This document shows, in pieces, positions 16,008 to 24,055 of a stretch of 24,408 nucleotides of DNA. The stretch lies in IMG/VR virus record IMGVR_UViG_3300035427_000001; one strand, 5' to 3'. The notes beneath the pieces are model-generated. The model did no database searches, was not told the origin of the DNA, and worked only from the letters and a program-made list of their open reading frames with translations. A program made the position numbers and the translations under genes. Source of the stretch: an uncultured virus (IMG/VR IMGVR_UViG_3300035427_000001). Lineage: Duplodnaviria; Heunggongvirae; Uroviricota; Caudoviricetes. Numbering within the stretch: position 1 is the first letter of the stretch; every line of letters begins with the position of its first letter.

Positions 16008-16638
16008 ATTCGTCATTTTTAGATAATAACTCTTGAGCTAGTTCATCTTGAGTTCTTTCGATTATGTTCTTTACTATTGTTTTATTTTCTACTCTAGCCC
16101 ACATATATAGCATGCCCAATTGAGCATCCATATAGCAATCTATAAGAGATGGGTCCTTTCTAAATACATCCCATTGTTTTACGAAATTTGTTCGAACCAA
16201 ATCCCTATAATCCTGGTCTAATATGCCATCTTGGTCTATATAAGCAGATACCCTTTTCTTGACTTCTAAAAGGATTTTCTCTAAGCTTTCGGGTAATCTG
16301 AAATTTTCTGGTAAGTTATGATATACCAAAGCATTAGGTATCAATTCCTCAAAGGTAAACTGATTATCGAATAGTTTCTTTGGGTATCTACCTGAAAATA
16401 TCAAGGGTATCTTATACCTTAGCAATGATGGTACTATGTCGTATATAGCATAATGTTTCCGATATTCCTGATAGACATCGAAATATAGATTCTCATCGAA
16501 TATACCAGATTTCCTCATTATTGCCTGTAAAGTATTATAAGCAGCATTGATATGAGTATTACTCAGTTTGAATACTAAGTTGCCATTTTTAATAGCAATG
16601 AGTTCACTACAGCATCTCTTTCGTCTAAATAAGTTCAT
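15997..16638 (-). CDS. Hypothetical protein
   Basis: Start refined to MNLFRRK (16638), just after the upstream stop at 16643. Confidence 0.75.
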   Translation of the reverse strand: MNLFRRKRCCSELIAIKNGNLVFKLSNTHINAAYNTLQAIMRKSGIFDENLYFDVYQEYRKHYAIYDIVPSLLRYKIPLIFSGRYPKKLFDNQFTFEELIPNALVYHNLPENFRLPESLEKILLEVKKRVSAYIDQDGILDQDYRDLVRTNFVKQWDVFRKDPSLIDCYMDAQLGMLYMWARVENKTIVKNIIERTQDELAQELLSKNDEYGK

Positions 16639-16642
16639 GTGA

Positions 16643-16858
16643 TTAAAATGTAAAGTCAATGTATATTTTCCTTTTTCCCTTGAGAAATTTTTCGTGATTT
16701 GAGTCATCATACTTATGGCAAGCATAAGTCTTAGATGATTTATCATAATGGTCTCTTACCCATACTGGAGCAGTATCAGTGGGTTTTAATTTAAAGTATG
16801 TACCCTGATTAACCTTGTTAACCTGAGTCTCTTTGTAAGATGTCTTTGGTAGTTCCAT
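16643..16858 (-). CDS. Small basic hypothetical protein
   Basis: 71 aa; first gene after the promoter at 16887. Confidence 0.8.
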   Translation of the reverse strand: MELPKTSYKETQVNKVNQGTYFKLKPTDTAPVWVRDHYDKSSKTYACHKYDDSNHEKFLKGKRKIYIDFTF

Positions 16859-16886
16859 ATTTTTTGTCTATTTTAAAAAATTGATA

Positions 16887-16919
16887 TGCAAATATAATTC
16901 TTTCTTTTTAAATATGCAA
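16887..16919 (-). promoter_or_regulatory. Bacteroidetes-type promoter
   Basis: Minus strand TTG-N20-TATATTTGCA. Confidence 0.8.
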
Positions 16920-16932
16920 TATCCGGATATAA

Positions 16933-17829
16933 CTATGGAAGCTTACTATTTCGGAGGAATTGAGATGCAAATGAGCCGTCCTCTTTCTCTTCTTCCTCAA
17001 AGTCTTCATATTGGTATAACTCTGGGTCTTCTTCGTCTGGGTCTATACGCATTTCGATTTCTCTACGTAGTTCATGATGTTCTTTAGAGAATGAAGACAT
17101 AGCTCCCTTATAATCATCAGTAATTTGCATTAACTCTGCTTTATTAAGGTTAAGACCCTCTTTACTTGTATCTACTCCTTCTTGTTTAGTAGCAACTACT
17201 TCTGGTAGAGACTTAATATCATACCTGTCTTCTAATAGTTTAGCCTCTTCTGGTTTATCCAATACCCTTTGTGATTCCAATACGATTTGACGGGCCTCTT
17301 CAACGGTGATTGCATTTTGCTGTGTTACGTTGTTCTGTTGATTAAATTGGGCAAAGATATTTGTAGTACTTCCTCCAGTAAGATTACGTACTATTGATTG
17401 CAATGATGTAGAGGATTCAAGCTTTAATTTAAGGGCCTTTCCCAGCTCTGCAGATATAAACGGTACGTATTTCCCTCCCTGAGATTCTCTTAGGATATTA
17501 ACCTGATGGGCTATTTCCATACGGTCTTCCAAAGCCCATGCTAGTTGTTCTCCCATTAATGCTTGTAGTAAATCTTCTGCCTTTTCTTTATCCCATATTC
17601 TAGAGCTTAATAGCCTATCTCTCATAAATACCCGTATGTAATTGATATCTATACCCATACGATATGAGAATGTATTTATGTCGTATGTGATACCACATAA
17701 TACACCATTTCCCATTAGCCATTGATTGATGATATAATTATGTATCTTTATCAGAAGTTCATCATTTGGGTTCTTCTGATATTCTAATGCCATTGCAGTA
17801 GTCCCCATAGGTCTTGGGAATCTTACCAT
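16933..17829 (-). CDS. Helical protein, possible terminase small subunit
   Basis: HTH-like segment DINTFSYRMGIDINYIRVFM, long helices, TTNIFAQFNQQNNVT strand, acidic tail. Start is 17829 or 17850. Confidence 0.4.
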   Translation of the reverse strand: MVRFPRPMGTTAMALEYQKNPNDELLIKIHNYIINQWLMGNGVLCGITYDINTFSYRMGIDINYIRVFMRDRLLSSRIWDKEKAEDLLQALMGEQLAWALEDRMEIAHQVNILRESQGGKYVPFISAELGKALKLKLESSTSLQSIVRNLTGGSTTNIFAQFNQQNNVTQQNAITVEEARQIVLESQRVLDKPEEAKLLEDRYDIKSLPEVVATKQEGVDTSKEGLNLNKAELMQITDDYKGAMSSFSKEHHELRREIEMRIDPDEEDPELYQYEDFEEEEKEDGSFASQFLRNSKLP

Positions 17830-17830
17830 T

Positions 17831-18109
17831 TTATTTTCCTTTTCTGACATACAAATGAGATTTTCTAATATCGGAACTTTCATCATAACCTACATACTCT
17901 AAATCGTACATTACATACAAATTCAAAGATAGGTTATAGAAATATCCCTTATATTTTTTCTTACTTACTGATAAATTAAAAGGTTCACCAGAGATTAGGT
18001 CCCTGGTGAATACTAAATTACCTTTCCCAGTGATGGGAATATTAAGGCAAAGTTTATAATCTCCTACCTTAAATTTATTCCCATGCAGGTCTGTGATTTC
18101 CCTTGCCAT
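17831..18109 (-). CDS. Hypothetical protein (small beta-rich)
   Basis: 92 aa; DLHGNKFKVGD pattern. Confidence 0.75.
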   Translation of the reverse strand: MAREITDLHGNKFKVGDYKLCLNIPITGKGNLVFTRDLISGEPFNLSVSKKKYKGYFYNLSLNLYVMYDLEYVGYDESSDIRKSHLYVRKGK

Positions 18110-18500
18110 AGTTTGCCTTTTTATGGTTCGTAGGTTTTTTGTCTTGTTTACTACGGTTATGGGTTATCCCCTTTTGCTCTTCGATTAATTTCTGAACCTT
18201 TGGGAATAACCTTTGCCTTAAAGGAACTACCTGAGTAGCGAAAAAGGCATTCCATAATTTCTGGGTTAATGGTTCTCCTATTTTAAGTTCTGAGATTGCC
18301 CAGAATTTAGTTTCGAAATTCTTAACTATTTCCCTAAATCGGTAGTAGTATATATTGCCAGTCTTTTTATCTATCCCAATTGTGGTAGTTTGGCAATAAT
18401 CTAGAAATTCTTTACCTAATTCGGATATAAACTCTTCCCTTTTAAAGTCATAATTCTCTTGGTCGAGTTTAAATAATTTTACGTAATCGATTGCTTCCAT
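18075..18500 (-). CDS. Hypothetical protein
   Basis: 141 aa, within a gene chain. Confidence 0.8.
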   Translation of the reverse strand: MEAIDYVKLFKLDQENYDFKREEFISELGKEFLDYCQTTTIGIDKKTGNIYYYRFREIVKNFETKFWAISELKIGEPLTQKLWNAFFATQVVPLRQRLFPKVQKLIEEQKGITHNRSKQDKKPTNHKKANYGKGNHRPAWE

Positions 18501-18506
18501 ATAGAT

Positions 18507-18860
18507 TTAGTTTGTGATTATTAAACGAGGTATACTTTCATCTGTAATCTGAAATAAGTACCCTCTTACATCATCCTCATAATAAGAGGACCAATATGTT
18601 CTTCTAACTCGGAAATTATCAAGGATTGCCCCTTTGGGTACCCCAGTAATAAATAAGCAATGCTTAGGCATCATTGGAGTAATCTCAAATTTCCCATCCT
18701 TGAAATTACCATAGGTACCGTAGTCGGGCATATTACCCGTAAATCCAGTATTCTGTAATATGTCTTGAACCAGAGTAGTTTGGGGTATTTCCTTTTGGTT
18801 ACATTCTATGGTTAACTTCGATTTGCCTATATATAGGTCTTTAACTATTTCTCTAAACAT
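18507..18860 (-). CDS. Hypothetical protein
   Basis: 117 aa, within a gene chain. Confidence 0.75.
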   Translation of the reverse strand: MFREIVKDLYIGKSKLTIECNQKEIPQTTLVQDILQNTGFTGNMPDYGTYGNFKDGKFEITPMMPKHCLFITGVPKGAILDNFRVRRTYWSSYYEDDVRGYLFQITDESIPRLIITN

Positions 18861-19144
18861 TTGTATACGATTATATGGGTAATACCATTTTTCTTGAAGT
18901 AAAGGTTATTCTGTGAACGTTCCTCTAACTTCTTTAATTCTCTTCGAGATTCAGTACAAATTCTATCGGATTTCCTTAATATATCTGATGCATTATCCCA
19001 GATGGGTGCCATTGGTTCTACTGGCCCTGCATAGATAACCTTATGTTTAGTTTCTATTTGGGGATATTTAGATTTATACTGATATTTGCCTTTGCAGTAA
19101 AGTACGTTATACTTTTCTGGTTCGTTTCTTTTTTCGTTTTCCAT
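18845..19144 (-). CDS. Hypothetical protein
   Basis: Start refined to MENEKRN (19144). Confidence 0.7.
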   Translation of the reverse strand: MENEKRNEPEKYNVLYCKGKYQYKSKYPQIETKHKVIYAGPVEPMAPIWDNASDILRKSDRICTESRRELKKLEERSQNNLYFKKNGITHIIVYKCLEK

Positions 19145-19406
19145 TTTTGTTAGGATTAATGTAATCGGATATTTCATCAAGTTGCCCTAAAAGCAATGCC
19201 TGAATGAAAAGGTTTATAGGCCTGAAAAAGAAATTCCTTACGTTATCAGTATTTATATACCAATCGTAAACGATAAAGAACTTCTTAATCTTGGAGTGCT
19301 TAAGTGAATGTTGGATTAGATAGGACTTACAACATCGTTTATGTAATTCTACCAATTCTTTGTCCTGCTTAAGCATCTCTTTATCAGAGAAGATAGTGTA
19401 ATCCAT
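19107..19406 (-). CDS. Hypothetical protein with basic tail
   Basis: 99 aa, ending KRKKKRTRKV. Confidence 0.75.
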   Translation of the reverse strand: MDYTIFSDKEMLKQDKELVELHKRCCKSYLIQHSLKHSKIKKFFIVYDWYINTDNVRNFFFRPINLFIQALLLGQLDEISDYINPNKNGKRKKKRTRKV

Positions 19407-19422
19407 TTTGTATGAATTGAGA

Positions 19423-19445
19423 TGCCCAGGTAATTATCCCGGGCA
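19423..19445 (-). terminator. Intergenic GC hairpin
   Basis: TGCCCAGG...CCCGGGCA after the stop at 19462. Confidence 0.5.
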
Positions 19446-19461
19446 CCCGGTTAATAAAGGT

Positions 19462-19944
19462 TTATGCAACTTGTTCTGGTTTGAGGACTTTCTTTCTAAA
19501 GTCCTCGTATGCTTTAGCAGCAGCCTTGAATTCCTTGGAGTTCTGGTCCTTGATACGAACCATTGCAAGTTCCAATCGATGGAGTTCGTTTCGAGTTTGT
19601 TGTCTCCATTTCTTCCGAGCAAGAGTATCAACTACATCGGCAGGGTATACGTATTTAACTTCCCGATTAGAAATTACCTGTTCGATGATGGATGGTTTTT
19701 GTTGTTCCTTAACTTCCTTGACAACCCGTTCCTTTTTGGAAGTTTGGGTTTTGGGAGAGAGTTCTACCAATTTGGCATTGGCAAAATTAGTGGCAGCTTC
19801 TTGAGCATCTTTTACCAATTTCTTTTTAGTCTTTTTGGCCTTAGGGGCAGAAGCCTTAGCAGTCTTAGAATTTTTAATTCCTTCAAGTTGTTCGGCAACC
19901 TTAGTTGCAACCAGGTTAGTAACCTTTGTTTCATTCTTTTTCAT
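19462..19944 (-). CDS. Lys/Ala-rich putative nucleic-acid-binding protein
   Basis: KTAKASAPKAKKTKKK and C-terminal KYVYP...RKKWRQ; has its own promoter and ATAGAC leader. Confidence 0.75.
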   Translation of the reverse strand: MKKNETKVTNLVATKVAEQLEGIKNSKTAKASAPKAKKTKKKLVKDAQEAATNFANAKLVELSPKTQTSKKERVVKEVKEQQKPSIIEQVISNREVKYVYPADVVDTLARKKWRQQTRNELHRLELAMVRIKDQNSKEFKAAAKAYEDFRKKVLKPEQVA

Positions 19945-19992
19945 AACGTCTATATTTAAAATGTTAGTAAAATGATTAATTTCTTTTTCTGA

Positions 19993-20002
19993 TACAAATA
20001 TA
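19993..20002 (-). promoter_or_regulatory. Bacteroidetes -7 promoter element
   Basis: Minus strand TATATTTGTA; spacer AGAACTTTATTTTAA resembles those of the 8486/8591 promoters. Confidence 0.75.
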
Positions 20003-20057
20003 AGAACTTTATTTTAAATAGAAAAATTTTATTTGAATTATTTTCTATTTGCTCGGG

Positions 20058-20567
20058 TTAATCGGCTAGGAAGTCGAAGATTTCTGGAGGATAGTTAATT
20101 TCATCCTCTGGATCATTTATGTAATCTTCATAATCCTCGTTATATTTATCGTAAATGTTATCTTGTGATGTATTGGGTACCCTTGTACATCTTTCAGGAT
20201 ATTTCTTTACGAAGTCATAGGCTTCTTGAGTAGTCATTACCTTGTCTGAGGTAAATTCGTAGGTTACATAAGAATAAGTTTCACCCAATCTAGAAACTTC
20301 ATATTGCTGGTATCCAGATTTCTCAATCTTATAGATTTGATTTTCTGGAATCGTTTCTATTTCTACCCTATATTTATACCATTGCTTCTTCTCTTCTTTT
20401 GGTTTAATGCCCATGCTATCTTGAAGAGAAATTAACTTGGTTATGGGACTTTCAAAACGAGAAGGAGCAGTGCTCACTTCTACTGGATGAGTTCTATTCT
20501 CACCAATAAAGTAAATCACTGCCCCCAGGGTTACCAGGCCCAATATGAATTTAGTTTCTGAGTTCAT
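20058..20567 (-). CDS. Membrane-anchored hypothetical protein with acidic tail
   Basis: Start refined to MNSETKFILGLVTLGAVIYFI (TM helix); tail YNEDYEDYINDPEDE. Confidence 0.75.
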   Translation of the reverse strand: MNSETKFILGLVTLGAVIYFIGENRTHPVEVSTAPSRFESPITKLISLQDSMGIKPKEEKKQWYKYRVEIETIPENQIYKIEKSGYQQYEVSRLGETYSYVTYEFTSDKVMTTQEAYDFVKKYPERCTRVPNTSQDNIYDKYNEDYEDYINDPEDEINYPPEIFDFLAD

Positions 20568-20817
20568 AACCTGTAGTTTCGAATTTATTTTTAATGTTCT
20601 TTGCAAGGTATTTACCTTTTGATTCTGCTTGATGTAAACCGTTGCAGATTTCATAAGGTACATCATCATAGCGATAAACTCGATTACCTTTAAAAGCAAC
20701 CCAAAGTTGTTTTTTCTTTGAGTCATAACCAAAGCCCTCAATGTTAGAGGATTCGCAAGGAATCATTTCGACTCCAGTGTTCATTTCTACTGATTCTAAG
20801 TATTCGTTCTTTTCCAT
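20551..20817 (-). CDS. KTSC domain protein
   Basis: ESSNIEGFGYD..LWVAFKGNRVYRYDDVP....L.QAESKGKYLAKNIK matches the KTSC signature. Confidence 0.92.
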   Translation of the reverse strand: MEKNEYLESVEMNTGVEMIPCESSNIEGFGYDSKKKQLWVAFKGNRVYRYDDVPYEICNGLHQAESKGKYLAKNIKNKFETTGYELRN

Positions 20818-20824
20818 GTCTATA

Positions 20825-21196
20825 TTAAAATTTTAAAAGTGTTAGTTCTGGGTGGAATTTGAGATTTGCCCTCTGGAATATTGCCCAGGTACCAAGTACT
20901 CCCTGAGAATTAGTATGTACCCATTCATCTTCCATTCTGAATAATATGTGAGAGCATACCAGCATTTGGTATTCACTTAGCATATTTATCAGTTGAGGAG
21001 TATTCTCGATTTCCACGTATAATTCAATGTGCTCATCTAGTGCTCGAATTATTTCGTCATCCTCAATCTGAAGGAGTTTTTTGATTAAGTCTTGGGCAAT
21101 ATCATTTCCATTTTTAACGTCCTCTTTGATTGAGTTGAGTGATTCAATCTGAATACCAGCAATGAGCTTTACGATGTCTTTTGTTTCCTTGTCCAT
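20825..21196 (-). CDS. Hypothetical helical protein
   Basis: Start refined to MDKETKD (21196), downstream of the promoter at 21213. Confidence 0.75.
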   Translation of the reverse strand: MDKETKDIVKLIAGIQIESLNSIKEDVKNGNDIAQDLIKKLLQIEDDEIIRALDEHIELYVEIENTPQLINMLSEYQMLVCSHILFRMEDEWVHTNSQGVLGTWAIFQRANLKFHPELTLLKF

Positions 21197-21212
21197 AATT
21201 AAATTTTCTTTA

Positions 21213-21222
21213 TGCAAATATA
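21213..21222 (-). promoter_or_regulatory. Bacteroidetes -7 promoter element
   Basis: Minus strand TATATTTGCATAAAGAAAATTT, identical over 22 nt to + strand 5814-5835. Confidence 0.8.
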
Positions 21223-21261
21223 CTAAAATTATTACTCTTTTAATAAATACGGAGGTAAGTG

Positions 21262-22104
21262 TTAGCGGTTCTTGATTTCTTCCATCTTTTCCTTTATGGA
21301 GTCTGGGAATATAGCATCGTTTACCCATCTTAGGAAGAATTTAGAAGGCTTCTTTTCGGGACTTAGAAGCAATTGTCTCTGTTCAGTAGAGAACTTAATC
21401 CTTTCGGATTCTAACATATACTTGGGAAGTTTAGTGAATTCTGCCTGAGAGAAGGAGATTACGTTTTTACCAACTTGGGCCCTTAATGGTTTCTTCCTTT
21501 CCTTATAGAGATAGGGGATAATCTTTTTCGAAGGTCCCCCAAGAATGCTAAAACCAAAGATTACCATTGGGTCAAATTTATCTGCTTTTGGGTCCTTAGC
21601 TCGTTTGATACATCTTGCCATCCAAGAGAATGAATTTGGATATTGCTTATTGTCCGTTGCTTCTCCAACATCTTTTTTATTGAACTCAAATCCAGGAAAG
21701 TGAAATAGAAAATCTTCAGTAAGGATAAATACAAATCCCAATCTCCTAAGATATTTAATGATATCTTGTTGGCTTTTACCCTCTTCAATCATTTTTTCTA
21801 CATCTGCAAGAATGTCCTCCCTTGGTGATTCCAATTCCTTAGTTGTAGACCCCGCAGGTCTTCCTCTGCCCACATTAGGTGCCTTAGCAGGCAATGTACC
21901 AGATAACCTATCTAAGTATTCTTTGAAGTTATCAATATCTTGTTTATTAGTAAGAGTTACTTCTACTCTTATGGGACCGTTATGCTGTACCTTTGGACCT
22001 GAATTCATCTCGGTATAAGCATCTACCAACCTATCTGATAAGGGAGTACCATTCTCTGATAGTGTGGTGATTCTAAGTTTTGGTTTATATACTTCTTGTT
22101 CCAT
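21262..22104 (-). CDS. Hypothetical protein with AT-hook-like GRGRP motif
   Basis: 280 aa; NVGRGRPAG linker followed by a helical segment EGKSQQDIIKYLRRLG. Confidence 0.7.
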   Translation of the reverse strand: MEQEVYKPKLRITTLSENGTPLSDRLVDAYTEMNSGPKVQHNGPIRVEVTLTNKQDIDNFKEYLDRLSGTLPAKAPNVGRGRPAGSTTKELESPREDILADVEKMIEEGKSQQDIIKYLRRLGFVFILTEDFLFHFPGFEFNKKDVGEATDNKQYPNSFSWMARCIKRAKDPKADKFDPMVIFGFSILGGPSKKIIPYLYKERKKPLRAQVGKNVISFSQAEFTKLPKYMLESERIKFSTEQRQLLLSPEKKPSKFFLRWVNDAIFPDSIKEKMEEIKNR

Positions 22105-22126
22105 TTTCGACTTAATTAGAAAATAA

Positions 22127-22159
22127 AAGGCCTGAACAATTTTTATATTGCCAGGCCTT
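22127..22159 (-). terminator. Rho-independent terminator
   Basis: AAGGCCTG..CAAT...ATTG.CAGGCCTT, followed on the minus strand by TTATTTT. Confidence 0.7.
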
Positions 22160-22216
22160 CTACCATTATTAACGAATACTCAAAAATATGATAAGTAAAA
22201 GTAAAAAGTGCTCTTA

Positions 22217-22771
22217 TTAATCTTCTTCTTTAGCGGCCTTCTTTTTCTTCTTGTCTTTGGCCTTCTTATCTTTCTTATCGGAAGCTGGTTTTTCTTTTAC
22301 CTTTTCTTCCTTCTTTTTCTTAGTTTCCTTTTCCTCCTTGGGAGCCTTACCTGAAGCAAGTTTTCTTTGCTCCATACGATATTTTTTCTTCTCAGCCGAA
22401 GTCATTTCTCTGCCATCGATGAGAGGATAATCGTATTTGGTAGCTGTTCTACCACCATGCCCCTTCTTTTCTTTTTTCTCTTTGGCAGCCTTCTTCTCAG
22501 CTTTTTCCTTCTTCTCTTTTTCCTGGAGTTTTACCAATTTCTTGTTGTTCTTTTGGTCAGCTTCAGGATAGGCAGCAGCAACTTTGTCTCTTTCCTTATT
22601 GAGCTTGTTTACAAGTTCGGTAACCTTTTTACCATGTTTCTTGTCTTTGGTCCAATCCTTAGTAGGGTCCAACTTGTTCTCTTTAAGGTAAGCATCCAAA
22701 GCTTTCTTAGCCTTTGTGAGTTCCGGAGTCTTGGATTCCGATTTACTCTTCTTTTCGTCTTTCTTAGCCAT
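22217..22771 (-). CDS. Extremely Lys-rich (histone H1-like composition) protein
   Basis: MAKKDEKK...KDKKKKKAAKEED with internal KYDYP...EKKKYRM. Confidence 0.8.
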   Translation of the reverse strand: MAKKDEKKSKSESKTPELTKAKKALDAYLKENKLDPTKDWTKDKKHGKKVTELVNKLNKERDKVAAAYPEADQKNNKKLVKLQEKEKKEKAEKKAAKEKKEKKGHGGRTATKYDYPLIDGREMTSAEKKKYRMEQRKLASGKAPKEEKETKKKKEEKVKEKPASDKKDKKAKDKKKKKAAKEED

Positions 22772-22823
22772 TTTCATTTATATTAGGTGAATAATTGAAT
22801 TTCCTATTTACATAATATCATAG

Positions 22824-23201
22824 TTATACCTTCCTAATTTGGGTTGGGATTTCTTTAATTTCTAGGATTTCTAAACTGCATTGTTTTAAAACTGCCTCGA
22901 GTTGAAGTATATCTTCTACCTCTTTCTGAGATAAGTCCGTAAAAGTTTGTTCAAAAGTTTCTTTCTGTTCCCCCCTTATAAAATTAAATTGGGCAACAAT
23001 ATAAGTCCCCTGAAGTTTTTTATTCAGGGCTCCTTTAAGAGATATGAGTTTTCTTTTCAGATAATTACTCTTCAACCTATGGGATTGGTATTCGCCTTTC
23101 TTACCCTTACTAAGGGCTACCTTTTTAAGGTACGAAACATAATCTAATTCTCTGAGAGTTTGATTAATGTTTCCCACTAATAATCTTAAGTCTTTTTCCA
23201 T
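22824..23201 (-). CDS. Hypothetical protein
   Basis: 125 aa; overlaps the upstream gene. Confidence 0.75.
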   Translation of the reverse strand: MEKDLRLLVGNINQTLRELDYVSYLKKVALSKGKKGEYQSHRLKSNYLKRKLISLKGALNKKLQGTYIVAQFNFIRGEQKETFEQTFTDLSQKEVEDILQLEAVLKQCSLEILEIKEIPTQIRKV

Positions 23202-23410
23202 TTGGGTCTTTGCATTACTTGGTTAGATACTTCCTGAGTTTCTTCTGATAGCATTTCTCTTGCCTCATTTATTATATTGATGGCAAGTTCCCTTTCATCT
23301 GGTCCCAGGTTTAATTCTTTATCTTCTAGTACATCAGTATAAGTATTTATTAGATTATCCAATGCAAGTATTCGAATATTCTTTCGAATTGCTAATTTCT
23401 CTTCTTCCAT
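23186..23410 (-). CDS. Small helical hypothetical protein
   Basis: 74 aa. Confidence 0.75.
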   Translation of the reverse strand: MEEEKLAIRKNIRILALDNLINTYTDVLEDKELNLGPDERELAINIINEAREMLSEETQEVSNQVMQRPKWKKT

Positions 23411-23424
23411 GGGTATAAAAAATT

Positions 23425-23456
23425 AAAGCCCACTACCTTCGCAGGCAATGAGCTTT
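23425..23456 (-). terminator. Hairpin, probable terminator
   Basis: Minus strand AAAGCTCATTGCCT...AGGTAGTGGGCTTT followed by AATTTTTT. Confidence 0.55.
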
Positions 23457-23556
23457 TGGCTGAACAACGTCCTAAGTGTGGATGTTATTCATATGAACTT
23501 AAACTCTAAATTTATATAGCAGACATATGGGATAGTAGTTAGTAAGTTAGAGGAGT

Positions 23557-23934
23557 TTAATCTTCTGATTCTTCCTCTTCTTCTTTCTTAGCCTTTTTGT
23601 TTTTCGGAGAACAAATAACGCCATGTCCTTTCTTAGACTTAACGGTAAGAGTTCCCGGAACGAATGAAACTGAAGTTGATACCGGTTTGCCATCCGTAAC
23701 CAATACAGAAGTAACCACTACACCCTGATAGCCTTCCTTGTTCTTAACGGCATAACCAAAGTTCATTACCTTGGATTTGTCGTTAATGGCAATAACGTCG
23801 ATTTGCTTGCTGTTAGGACGTTGTTCAGCCGGCCGATTCTTGAGTGCCTCTTGACGAGCTTTACGTTTAGCTTCTTTTTCGGGGTCTTTTTCCTTATCTC
23901 CTTTCTTCTTGGAGTCTGATTTCTTTGTTGCCAT
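23557..23934 (-). CDS. Small beta-rich protein with basic arms and acidic tail (possible nucleic-acid binding)
   Basis: Lys-rich N-terminus, Val-rich beta core, C-terminus KKAKKEEEEESED. Confidence 0.75.
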   Translation of the reverse strand: MATKKSDSKKKGDKEKDPEKEAKRKARQEALKNRPAEQRPNSKQIDVIAINDKSKVMNFGYAVKNKEGYQGVVVTSVLVTDGKPVSTSVSFVPGTLTVKSKKGHGVICSPKNKKAKKEEEEESED

Positions 23935-24003
23935 AATTTTTAATGTTTTATAAGTTAATGGTTATTATAAGTAAACTTCTACGTTTATTAATAGTTGATA
24001 GTA

Positions 24004-24027
24004 AAGGTAGGGAAATTTCCCTACCTT
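24004..24027. repeat. Perfect 24-bp palindrome
   Basis: AAGGTAGGGAAATTTCCCTACCTT. Confidence 0.95.
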
Positions 24028-24055
24028 CTTTTAAATCTTGAATACAGTTACCAGA

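Noticed and set aside
19408..23147. Alternative-frame or antisense ORFs (19408-19959, 19434-19631, 19481-19804, 21561-21788, 21758-22018, 22367-22786, 22947-23147)
   Set aside because: They overlap better-supported minus-strand genes; Phe/Leu/Ser richness of the antisense ones mirrors Lys/Glu codons
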